Below, piece by piece: positions 1-8,700 of a stretch of DNA of 62,010 bases (position 1 is the stretch's first letter; each line of letters starts with the position of its first letter). The notes beneath the pieces are model-generated. The model was not told the DNA's origin and searched no databases. It worked only from the letters and a program-made list of their open reading frames with translations. A program made the translations under genes and the position numbers. Source of the DNA: a virus (lineage: Duplodnaviria > Caudoviricetes); IMG/VR virus record IMGVR_UViG_3300044850_000073, positions 1 through 62,010 of that record; one strand, 5' to 3'.

Positions 1-10
1 ATCACGAATC

Positions 11-66
11 GTAACATAAGGATTGCTGATGTTACGATTTCGTAGCATCAGGATCGCTGATGTCAA
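11..66. repeat. Two 25-bp palindromic sites (GTAACATCAG-N5-CTGATGTTAC type), 31-bp period
   Basis: gtaacataag-gattg-ctgatgttac (11-35); gtagcatcag-gatcg-ctgatgtcaa (42-66). Confidence 0.85.
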
Positions 67-74
67 CTGTAAAG

Positions 75-96
75 AAAAAAAAGGGGCCGAAGCCCC
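75..96 (-). terminator. Intrinsic terminator of cassette A gene
   Basis: Minus strand GGGGC-TTCG-GCCCC-T8, just after the stop at 105. Confidence 0.9.
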
Positions 97-104
97 CGTT
101 GTGA

Positions 105-395
105 TCAGTCCCACTCGCTTTCGGCCAGCAGGTTCATCTCCCGGATCAGCACGCCGATGGCGCCTTCTCTCAGGAATTCGAACCACTGGGTTTTATAGAC
201 GTATTCCGCCTGCCCCATAAGGCCTGGCAGTTCGCCTAGATCGGCCAGCAGCAGGGCCGGCACGCCGGCCTTGTGGCTGGCGTACAGGGCATCCTGCCGG
301 AGATCCTCGACGGCCCAGAACAGGGCGGTCAGGAAGGACCGATCCTCGTCGCGGGCGTGCTTGAAAGCCCACTGAACGGTGGTTGCGATGGTCAT
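105..395 (-). CDS. Hypothetical protein, cassette A cargo (paralogue of 767..1057)
   Basis: 96 aa with own leader (GGAG) and terminator; about 40% identical by manual alignment to 767..1057 (AGVPxLLL, AEYVxKTQW, REMN). Confidence 0.85.
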   Translation of the reverse strand: MTIATTVQWAFKHARDEDRSFLTALFWAVEDLRQDALYASHKAGVPALLLADLGELPGLMGQAEYVYKTQWFEFLREGAIGVLIREMNLLAESEWD

Positions 396-453
396 TTAGG
401 ATTGCTCCATTGTCGAGGTACGGGCTCGGGGATCTCTCCCCTCGCTTGCCCGT

Positions 454-503
454 ATCCTAGCCACGGCCAGGGGGCGATCGAGGCCATTGTGAAGGATTGC
501 AAC
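454..503 (-). promoter_or_regulatory. Putative early promoter: -10 TAGGAT plus upstream 8-bp direct repeat (HLR1-like)
   Basis: TAGGAT at 459-454; GTTGCAAT-CC-TTCACAAT at 503-486; same spacing in cassette B. Confidence 0.6.
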
Positions 504-553
504 AATGATCTTTGCTTATCAGTGGCCGATGGATCGATAAGTGCAGCTTATGA

Positions 554-599
554 GTGAGTGTGAGCGGGCACACAGCGAAGCAGGGTCGTTCACACTCAC
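554..599. other. Imperfect hairpin with GCGAAGC apex
   Basis: gtgagtgtgagcg...cgttcacactcac; counterpart at 1218-1251. Confidence 0.75.
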
Positions 600-640
600 C
601 AGTTACCTGTTACCCGCCCACCACCCCACTATCACAATTC

Positions 641-727
641 GTAATATAAGGATCGCTGATGTTACAATCTTGTGACATTAGAATCGCTAATGTTACAATC
701 TTGTGACATCAGGATCGCTGATGTCAA
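641..727. repeat. Three 25-bp palindromic sites, 31-bp period
   Basis: Copies at 641-665, 672-696, 703-727. Confidence 0.85.
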
Positions 728-735
728 CTGTAAAG

Positions 736-760
736 AAAAGAAAAGGGGGCCGAAGCCCCC
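736..760 (-). terminator. Intrinsic terminator of cassette B gene
   Basis: Minus strand GGGGGC-TTCG-GCCCCC-TTTTCTTTT. Confidence 0.9.
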
Positions 761-766
761 CGTTGC

Positions 767-1057
767 TCATTCGAAGTCGGTGCCCATTACGGCTTCCCGG
801 TTCATCTCCCTGAGCATCGAGGCGATGTCTTGGAGATTGCGCAGCTCGTGCCATTGCGTCTTCAGGACGTACTCAGCCCGACCCAGGCAGTCTGGCAGGC
901 CTTGCACGTCGATCAGCAGCAGGGGCGGCACTCCGGCATCGAACAGGACCTGATCGAACTCCATTCGGAGATCGTCGATGGCCCAGGCGATGGCGGTGGC
1001 AAAGGACTGCTCCTGGAACCGGGCGGCCTTGAAGGCCGACTTGATGGTGCGGATCAT
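767..1057 (-). CDS. Hypothetical protein, cassette B cargo (paralogue of 105..395)
   Basis: 96 aa; same leader and terminator architecture. Confidence 0.85.
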   Translation of the reverse strand: MIRTIKSAFKAARFQEQSFATAIAWAIDDLRMEFDQVLFDAGVPPLLLIDVQGLPDCLGRAEYVLKTQWHELRNLQDIASMLREMNREAVMGTDFE

Positions 1058-1114
1058 TTGGGATTACTCCGTTGTCGAGGTGCATGCGCGGGTGTCTCTC
1101 CCTCGCATGCCATT

Positions 1115-1164
1115 ATCATAGCGCACCATGGTGGCCGGTGGGGGATTCTGTAACATCCCGTAAC
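1115..1164 (-). promoter_or_regulatory. Putative early promoter: -10 TATGAT plus upstream direct repeat (HLR1-like)
   Basis: TATGAT at 1120-1115; GTTACGGG-AT-GTTACAGA at 1164-1147. Confidence 0.6.
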
Positions 1165-1211
1165 ATCAGGATTGCTGATGTTACAAGTGCGTAACATAAG
1201 CATCGCTTATC
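1160..1211. repeat. Perfect palindromic site plus a partial copy 31 bp on
   Basis: GTAACATCAG-GATTG-CTGATGTTAC (1160-1184); gtaacataag-catcg-cttatc (1191-1211). Confidence 0.85.
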
Positions 1212-1217
1212 GGTGAG

Positions 1218-1251
1218 CGTGAACGGGCACCCACGAAGTGGGTCGTTCACG
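1218..1251. other. Bulged hairpin with C-GAA-G apex
   Basis: cgtgaacg-ggca-cccac-GAA-gtggg-t-cgttcacg. Confidence 0.75.
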
Positions 1252-1563
1252 ATCAAGTGAAGAGCGAAAGATGAATCGTTAATTGGAATAATGTGTACAT
1301 GTAATTCGCAAGAGCTCATTCCATCTCGACTTCAACCGGCCAGGGAAAGTCCACAGCGAACCAAGGAATCAGCAGAGAATGAACGTACCCCCACCCCGCT
1401 CTGGGAAGACCGACTCCCAGCCAACCCCTTCAGAAAATCCCACAAATTTTCCAGGATCGGTCTACAGTGCGACATGTTTGCGGTGTAACAAGTCAGTAGA
1501 TGTAAATATTATGTATCGGAAGTATGTTGGGGATATTATTTCTAGTTGTCGAGAGTGTCGATC

Positions 1564-1629
1564 ACTAGTGCCACCTAGTGCCACCTAGTGACGGCCACCA
1601 CCAGGTAACCTAGGTAGGTACCACCTAGT
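1564..1629. repeat. Short CCACCTAGTG repeats around the first late promoter
   Basis: ccacctagtg at 1571 and 1581, ccacctagt at 1621, actagtg at 1564. Confidence 0.7.
1604..1612 (+). promoter_or_regulatory. Putative late promoter box GGTAACCTA
   Basis: Member of the GGnAnaCTA motif family. Confidence 0.7.
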
Positions 1630-1635
1630 TTAAAT

Positions 1636-2166
1636 ATGACTACGGGATCACCACTATTACCATATGCGAATGCATATCTAGTTGTTACTGCGGGATCCAG
1701 CAGGGTACCAACACTAGTGGGATCACGTATCGAATATCTTAGCGAGGAGCCAAGCCCCTCTAGTATAATATTCAGGGCATATTTAAAATTAGATGATTCC
1801 AGGACAAATTATTTAATCAACACACCACTAGCAAACAACGGGACAATTGATTCAAGGTACAAGGGATACATACTGCAGTACCTTAGGATAAATAGCACGA
1901 ATTATCCTGTAAATTCCATGGGATTTAATAATATTAGCGAACCTCTGGGGGATGATATTATTGACAATGGCTTATCCCTCAGGGTATCATTTTCAGAGAC
2001 GATACCAGGGTATAATTCTAGTAAATGGCAGAATGCATTTATTGAGATATGTGAAGGGAAATTCAGATCAAATGGAATTGACAGGACGATATATGAATCT
2101 ATCAATGGCATACCGATCACCTTAACAGTTGGTGAATTCAGCAATTCAAAGATGTTAAATTTATAA
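1636..2166 (+). CDS. Putative virion protein (possible head-tail joining protein)
   Basis: 176 aa; late promoter; coupled to the neck gene; function inferred from context only. Confidence 0.45.
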   Translation: MTTGSPLLPYANAYLVVTAGSSRVPTLVGSRIEYLSEEPSPSSIIFRAYLKLDDSRTNYLINTPLANNGTIDSRYKGYILQYLRINSTNYPVNSMGFNNISEPLGDDIIDNGLSLRVSFSETIPGYNSSKWQNAFIEICEGKFRSNGIDRTIYESINGIPITLTVGEFSNSKMLNL

Positions 2167-2678
2167 TGGCTACCCAGAAATTTTTCAACAAGAATTTCTT
2201 CAGGGATTTAGTGAGTGATATTGTGGACGAAGTAGATGGCACCAGTTACTCTAGGAAATTACTAGTGCCACTACCTGGTCTCACTGTGGCAATAAATGGA
2301 ACCAAGGAATTCATAGAATATATCAGCACTCAGATTGAGGGGAAATTTTTACAGATTGTCAGGCAGGAATTACCAATTCTTCTGGATACTGCGTTCAATG
2401 TAAACTGGCCTGATACGTCTAGTGATTTAGTGGATACTGGTGCCCTCAGGAATTCCCTTGAGATCAACATAACAAATGGATCTCTCAGTATCAGGTATAC
2501 AGCACCGTATGCGGGTATTGTACATTATGGTGGATATATTGTACCATATGGCAACAAGAATGCGGAGCGTGTATATATACCTCCCAGGCCATTCTTGGAG
2601 TATGCAATAAATGGAGGCGGACCGTTTCCTGCGTATGATTTCAAGGATGCCCTAGACCGCGCCATTGCCATGATATAA
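2166..2678 (+). CDS. HK97 gp10-like neck / virion morphogenesis protein
   Basis: VDTGALRNSL...YTAPYAGIVHYG...PPRPFL motifs. Confidence 0.75.
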   Translation: MATQKFFNKNFFRDLVSDIVDEVDGTSYSRKLLVPLPGLTVAINGTKEFIEYISTQIEGKFLQIVRQELPILLDTAFNVNWPDTSSDLVDTGALRNSLEINITNGSLSIRYTAPYAGIVHYGGYIVPYGNKNAERVYIPPRPFLEYAINGGGPFPAYDFKDALDRAIAMI

Positions 2679-2685
2679 CTGATTT

Positions 2686-2694
2686 GGCATACTA
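2686..2694 (+). promoter_or_regulatory. Putative late promoter box GGCATACTA
   Basis: Motif 19 nt upstream of ATG 2714. Confidence 0.75.
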
Positions 2695-2713
2695 ACTAGC
2701 TTATTGGATCAAT

Positions 2714-3295
2714 ATGAGTAAATTACCATTTGCTGTATCGCCCAGATTAGCACCTAGGATTGAATTAATTGGCAGTGAGGAATCAGGAAAGGTCCAGATT
2801 GAGCGTCGCGGTTATTTAACAAGTGGTGAAAAGGCATTTGTACAACAAATTTTACAACAGGACAACAGTACGCTGGCATTAATTGATTTAGCCAGGACAG
2901 TTGCCAGGACCAAGGGTTACGGCCTTCAGGAATCGTATAACTATGTAGTGCAGTGTATTACGGGTGAAATCACTGATGAATCCCACAGGGGTACTATAGA
3001 AGAACTAGGGCTTGAATTTTCCAGTCAAATTGACCAAACGTTAAAAGGTTTAACGGTTGCACGTTCACGGGAGAGTATTATTTATGCTGCGTGCATGTTA
3101 ATTCACCGTATAGATGCATCAATGGATGTAAATGATGTAATGGAATTACATCCAGATATTATTGAAGGATTAGCGGCATTATATTCAGACGAGGAGGCCA
3201 AATCAACAGCACGACTAATGGATGCTGAGTCCTCAGAAGCTGAACCTAGTGTGGAGCAAATTGAAAAAAAGCAAAGGGGGACGCGCAGCAAGTAA
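2714..3295 (+). CDS. Tail assembly chaperone (G-like)
   Basis: Helical protein with in-frame A AAA AAG (3265-3271) near its end and an open -1 frame beyond. Confidence 0.75.
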   Translation: MSKLPFAVSPRLAPRIELIGSEESGKVQIERRGYLTSGEKAFVQQILQQDNSTLALIDLARTVARTKGYGLQESYNYVVQCITGEITDESHRGTIEELGLEFSSQIDQTLKGLTVARSRESIIYAACMLIHRIDASMDVNDVMELHPDIIEGLAALYSDEEAKSTARLMDAESSEAEPSVEQIEKKQRGTRSK

Positions 3296-3900
3296 TACCA
3301 TTTGACGAGTATTACTGGCGCCTGAAGTACAGTTTTCCTGGGGACCCAGAATTTCAGCATGACAATTTTTGGCTATTACCATATGAATATGTAATATGTG
3401 CGATATGTGCATTAAACAATGAACGGATGACGGAGTTACATGAATATGAACGACCGATTGCTGTCTTAGCGCTACAGCAAGCGGAGATCAACCGTGACCG
3501 TAAGAAGAAACGCCGTCCGCACACTTTAGAGGAGTTTTATTTATACAATACGGCCCAGGATGAGGATTTACCGCATGGCAAATATGGAGCTAGTGCGCTT
3601 AAGTTAATTGAGCTAGGTAAATTCCCAAGTTGGGCCTTATTTGTGTACAATGATCTAGTGAAGAATGCTGAGGACTATTCGATTCCGAATGAACCTGCAT
3701 TTATTGCGGATAATGCGATTATCTTGGCACCAGAGATTGAGGAAAATATTGGCATTGGGATGTTGATTGCATTACAATCTGCCTCTAATTCTTTAGTCGA
3801 GTTCCGCAATTTAGATGGCGATATAATTAATATATGGTTACCCAAACTGGAGTCACAGGTCAATGCAATCGAGGGATGTGAATTCCGTATTTTATGTTAG
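3271..3900 (+). CDS. Tail assembly chaperone frameshift extension (T-like); includes ORF 3427..3900
   Basis: -1 frame is open from 3271 through ATG 3427 to the stop at 3900. Confidence 0.7.
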   Translation, partial: AKGDAQQVIPFDEYYWRLKYSFPGDPEFQHDNFWLLPYEYVICAICALNNERMTELHEYERPIAVLALQQAEINRDRKKKRRPHTLEEFYLYNTAQDEDLPHGKYGASALKLIELGKFPSWALFVYNDLVKNAEDYSIPNEPAFIADNAIILAPEIEENIGIGMLIALQSASNSLVEFRNLDGDIINIWLPKLESQVNAIEGCEFRILC

Positions 3901-4266
3901 CGGTTGACCGTTTAACCATTTACGAATTTGGTGTTCACGTAATTCGCTATAGAATGGCTGCATTTTATACCATTCCAACCAATCTATGGAACCTTTAGAG
4001 TGATTACATTCTAGGCAAGCCGGTGTAACATTACTAGTGCAATCATGACCACCTTTTGATTTTGGTCTGATGTGATCTATTGTTAAGCTAAGGTCATCAA
4101 TTGGAGGTTTACCGCAATAAGCGCAACAATTATTCCATGCTTGTTTAATTGAATCGCGCCATAATTTTTTGGCTTCTTTACGAGTGAGGGCAGACATATC
4201 AAATAAATAATCAGAGATATGCTGATGCAGTGAATTAGATTCACTAACCGAGAAATCGGTCATCAC
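3892..4266 (-). CDS. HNH endonuclease
   Basis: CAYCG...TIDHIRPKSKGG...NVTPACLECNHSKG. Confidence 0.92.
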   Translation of the reverse strand: MMTDFSVSESNSLHQHISDYLFDMSALTRKEAKKLWRDSIKQAWNNCCAYCGKPPIDDLSLTIDHIRPKSKGGHDCTSNVTPACLECNHSKGSIDWLEWYKMQPFYSELREHQIRKWLNGQPLT

Positions 4267-4381
4267 CGACTGATCATTTAAATGATATTAAGAAATAATT
4301 AATAATACCAAGGTAACGGTCAAGTAATTTCTGCATAATTACCCTGGCTGGCATCAATATATGATGCCTACGACGTCGGCT

Positions 4382-4390
4382 GGCACCCTA
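4382..4390 (+). promoter_or_regulatory. Putative late promoter box GGCACCCTA
   Basis: Motif variant upstream of 4414. Confidence 0.6.
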
Positions 4391-4413
4391 GTACCAGATG
4401 GATCGCATTCCTA

Positions 4414-4860
4414 GTGTCTCAAGCATTAACTATTTCACCTGATGTAATTTTTGATACATTAACAGGCGACACTCAGTTTATGAGCTATGTTGGGACATAT
4501 ACCTTCCTGGATTCAACAGAGCTGGATGCCATCAGTGTACTAACACCAGGTTCTAGTATAAAATCATTATCCAATGTAACAGGTCTAGAGGTAATCATAC
4601 ATGACGTTGGTCCCGTGGATAGCATATCGTATATTGATGGGCCATCTGATGCCATCGTAACATGGAATGTTTATCTGGTATTATGGCCACCCGAGAATGG
4701 TGACGATTTAACAAATGCGATCAAAAGGATGATATATTTATTTAGTGGAGCAAAATCGATTAACACTTTAGTATATAAAGTAGCAGGCATTGGTACTAGT
4801 GCTGGTGCTTACACACAGGCTTTAGTGACGATACCGCAAACATCAGTTATCAATACATGA
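4414..4860 (+). CDS. Putative tail terminator / tail completion protein
   Basis: 148 aa directly upstream of the tail tube gene; size and alpha/beta pattern fit. Confidence 0.55.
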   Translation: MSQALTISPDVIFDTLTGDTQFMSYVGTYTFLDSTELDAISVLTPGSSIKSLSNVTGLEVIIHDVGPVDSISYIDGPSDAIVTWNVYLVLWPPENGDDLTNAIKRMIYLFSGAKSINTLVYKVAGIGTSAGAYTQALVTIPQTSVINT

Positions 4861-4930
4861 ACCGATTATATCAGTAAATTCTCATAGTGTACCATTATTT
4901 TATAATCCTAAGGGGATGCTAAATATTTTC

Positions 4931-4939
4931 GGAACTCTA
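4931..4939 (+). promoter_or_regulatory. Putative late promoter box GGAACTCTA
   Basis: Motif upstream of the tail tube gene. Confidence 0.65.
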
Positions 4940-5005
4940 GGGTGACGGGGTCAAAGAATACCCCGGAATTGTCCCTTCGCCCGGATGATCTCCGGCTTGG
5001 ACCCA

Positions 5006-5617
5006 TTGGCTAATTACAGTGCGGCATTTGGGTACGACGTGTATATCGTGCCTGTCGGCGTCAACTCGGTTGACACTAATTTCACGGGTGTCACAACCGG
5101 CGTTGGTGCCTCTGGTGGTTTCATTAACTTGGGCGCCAGTAACGCTAATGTGCTGGCTTCCGATAGCACGGTTGCGTATTCGGCTGGTGTTTTCACGGTT
5201 GAAGGTAGTCCTTTCCTCATGGACGGCACTGACGACATCGCTCGTCTGTACGGCTTGACGAATGCCAGTCTGGAGACGGACACCAACTCCGAGGACGTGG
5301 TGACGTATGATTCTGAGACCAAGGGTTTCAATGTCAGCATCCCTACTTCCAAGACTTGGAGTATTTCGCTTTCTGGTGTGGCTGACTTCAAGGATGCTGG
5401 CTACCAGATATTAAGGCTGACTGAGCAGAATACGGTTGCCGATGCACTGCGCGTCAAATTCGTGCGTGTGGGCCCCACTGGCACGGATGAAACCGTGTAT
5501 GGCTATGGTACCCTGGTGGGCTATACGGAATCGATTGAAGCCGGTTCTATCGTGTCCTGGGAGGCTACTGTCCAGGGCTATGGCCCGTATCGTATTGACG
5601 TCGACGCCAACGCCTGA
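5006..5617 (+). CDS. Major tail (tube) protein; probable TTG start at 5006 (ORF track start 4985)
   Basis: TSKTWSISLSG and ESIEAGSIVSWEATVQGYG tube-protein pattern; GC-rich codon usage; precedes tape measure. Confidence 0.85.
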   Translation: MANYSAAFGYDVYIVPVGVNSVDTNFTGVTTGVGASGGFINLGASNANVLASDSTVAYSAGVFTVEGSPFLMDGTDDIARLYGLTNASLETDTNSEDVVTYDSETKGFNVSIPTSKTWSISLSGVADFKDAGYQILRLTEQNTVADALRVKFVRVGPTGTDETVYGYGTLVGYTESIEAGSIVSWEATVQGYGPYRIDVDANA

Positions 5618-5638
5618 CGCTAGGTTACAATTCAATAC

Positions 5639-5664
5639 CAACCCCATATTATATGGGGTTTTTT
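5639..5664 (+). terminator. Intrinsic terminator after tail tube gene
   Basis: aaccccatat/atatggggtt plus T tract. Confidence 0.85.
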
Positions 5665-5684
5665 GTTGTCACAATGATATCTTC

Positions 5685-5693
5685 GGCAACCTT
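5685..5693 (+). promoter_or_regulatory. Putative late promoter box GGCAACCTT
   Basis: Variant motif upstream of tape measure gene. Confidence 0.55.
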
Positions 5694-5720
5694 TATCTAG
5701 GACGATTCACTAGCTCTTAG

Positions 5721-8700
5721 ATGGCGAAGAATTACATTGAATTTGAACTACGTCCTAATGTAGCCATTGGTGAATTTACCAGAAAATTCAATGCATTAGA
5801 AGGTGAAGCTCAAAGGGCGTTTCTTGATGCAAGTACTGTACAGCCGAAACCTGTTACTCAGAAGGTAACATTACAAGCTGAGCTAAATGAGACTGGCTTT
5901 AAAAGTGCTGTTGCGTTAACTGATGGCATAAAAAAGAATTCAGAACAGCTTTCAACATTTATTAACCAAGCGAATAAATTACAGGATGGCAGTGTAGCCA
6001 AATTAAAGCAACAACTAGCACAGGCCACGCAGGTCAGAAATGAAATTGCCCGTTATGAAACCAGTATAGGCGGTGTTGCCGCCATTGTTCGGTCTGTAAA
6101 TCCACTTTGGACAGAACAAAACAATCGCGTCAAGCTATTACGAGAAGAACTAAATAAAGCTAGTGCTTCCAGTTTCTGGGATCGGTTAAAAGTCGACCTT
6201 AATTTTGGTGCTTTTGAAAAATTTGGTGGTGTTGTTAACGGTTTAGTCAACACATTTCAAAGCCTTGGGATTATTTTTGGTCAAATTATTGCACCAATTA
6301 ATGATGTAATCGACACCCTAGGGAAATTACAAGGTATTGATCTAACATTCCGTGCTATTGGACAAGGTCCAGCGGATGTTGCTACAATTTTTCAGGCTTC
6401 AACAGATATTGCGACAAAATACGGCGTCAGTTTAAACGCTGTACGTGAAGGCTTTGTTAAATTGTCGCCCACAGTGCTTGCCGCTGGAGGCAATCTAGGA
6501 CAGGTGGAGGGTGTGGTCTCTGCTCTGTCCAGCAGATTTGCCGCATTTGGCCTAAGCGCAGACCAAGCAAACCGAGTGTTAAATGGTATCATCCAGGCAT
6601 TTGGTAAAGGCAAGCTGCAGGCAGAAGAGCTCAATCAGCAAATTTCGGAAGCGGACCCTGCATTCCGTGTTGATTTCGCTGAAGCCTTACAAAAAGCAGG
6701 AAAAGAGTTAGGCATACTTGGCGGAAAAGCTGATGGTACAGTTGCTAATCTGAATGAATTAGTCAAAAATGGTGAAATTACTGCTGATGTGCTGTTAGCA
6801 GTATTACCGTATACAGAAAAACTTAGCTCAGCATTCGGGGCATTGGGGCCAACTGCTCAATCTGCTCTGCAGGCATTTGCCAAAGGCCAAGCGACAGTTA
6901 AACAAGTTACAACTCAAATTCAGAACCTGAATCAACTGAATTTTGAAACGTTAGCGAAATCAGTTCAACCGCTTATTCAATCTTTTATACAACTACAGGC
7001 CATTGCGACTGATACGTTTGCAGTATTTTTAAAATCAGAAGCATTTAAACTGCTATCAACCGTACTGTCTGACCTGGTTGGCGGTATTGTTTTTATAGTT
7101 ACTGCCTTAGTCAAACTTGGCACAGCATTTGCTGCTATTCTGGATCCTGTGCTAGGTGCTTTAAATGCTATCAATTCTGTTATTCCAGTAACCAAGCTTC
7201 TTGGTGTTGCGCTCGGTGTGTTTCTAGCCGGGTCAGTAATCAAACTGGCTACATCTGCGATACCTTTACTGATTGGTAGCACTAGGGCACTAATTGCCGC
7301 CAATCAGGCATGGCTTGCAAGTACACTTGCCAGCTCTGCCCCTATCGGCAAGCTTGCGAGCACCATAAAATCAAATGTTATTCCTAGTTTACTAGCATTT
7401 GGCGCTAATCTTAAGGGCAAAACTCTATCTGGTTTAGCCTCATTAATTGTATCCACAAAGACAGCGACTACTGCTTTGGATAGAATCAAGGGAGTAACGG
7501 GTGCTGCCGGTGGTTCTTTTGGCATACTTGCGCCAACTATTAGCGCACTGGCATCTAGATTTACCTCAACGGCTGCTAGTTCTAAGGCCGCCGGCAAGGC
7601 TATACAAACGACGGGCGCAACTGCCGCCAATGCTGCTGGGGATTTACTGGGGACAGCCGCTGCGACAGCAGCCGGGGAGATTGCAGCAGATCTTGCTGCC
7701 AAGTCTTTCGGTAAGTACCAGGCTGCCAGCAAGGCCGCAGGAGGGGCCGCAAAAGCAGCTTCTGGCTCATTCAAAATTACAGGTGATGTACTCGAAGGCG
7801 TCAATGCTGGGACAGCAGCAGCAGGCATAAATTGGGGCAAGTTCCTAGCGGTCCTTAGGGTAACAGCTCTTCCAGTGGCGGTTGCTGCTACTGCTTTTGC
7901 AGCATTAAACACTGCAACAAATACATCTAGCGCAGCAGCTAAGAGCTTCGAAGAAGCATTCAAGTCTATTAAAACAGAGCTCCAGAACACCAAAGCTACG
8001 CTTAAGTCAGCAACGTCAGAATTTCAGTCATTTATTAATGTAGTAAATCAAATCAGAAGAGAGCAAGGAGCAAAAATTCCCCAGTTCCTGGAGGGCCTAG
8101 ATGTCTCTAGAGCTTCGGAGGGTTTACAAAAAGGCAAGGCTGAAATTGAAGAAACCTTTGCAGATTTAACTAAAGAAATAGATAAATATGATAGAGCAAC
8201 GGCAAGCGATCGCTCTACTGAAAACATAAAAGCTGGAGTAAAAGCTAAAATCCAATCTTACGATGCTTTAATCCAGGCAAATATTGCAGCCAGAAATGAA
8301 TTTGCTAAAAAATGGAAAGATTCTGGCGCAAGTCCTCAGAATATTGCTGCTCTTAAGAAGTATGCAGCGGAAATAGAGCAACTAAGGAGGGATCGACAGA
8401 AATTTGTCAATGAAGCAGCCGCTAAAGGTATTACTTTTAATGCTGAAGTAAGTACAGAAGAATTCAACGGCTCTATAGAATTTTTAAAAGCTGAGATAAA
8501 ATCCCTTGGAGAAGACTCTGCTAGTATTAAAATAGGCTTAAATGAACCATACAGACAGAAGTTAAATCAAGAAATAATTGGCATCAAGCAAGTCCTTCAA
8601 CTACTAGAAAACGACCCAGTTTTAATTAAAGCCGAAGTTCAATTTAAGGCGCAAATATCTGAACTAAAAGCTGCTGTTGATCTTGGAAAAGCATATGCAG

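Larger units (their letters stand above)
1..630. repeat. Cassette unit A of a ~630-bp tandem direct repeat (palindromic sites, terminator, gene, leader, promoter, hairpin)
   Basis: 1-100 aligns with 631-765; 400-445 aligns with 1061-1105; 554-599 aligns with 1213-1253. Confidence 0.9.
631..1260. repeat. Cassette unit B of the tandem direct repeat
   Basis: Same element order as 1-630. Confidence 0.9.

Noticed and set aside
1-1211. Palindromic 25-31 bp repeats as a CRISPR array
   Set aside because: Copies are only 6 nt apart with no unique 30-40 nt spacers, and no cas genes are present.
1341-1352. CAGGGAAAGTCC resembling the RNase P RNA conserved 5' element
   Set aside because: No matching 3' element or surrounding fold found.
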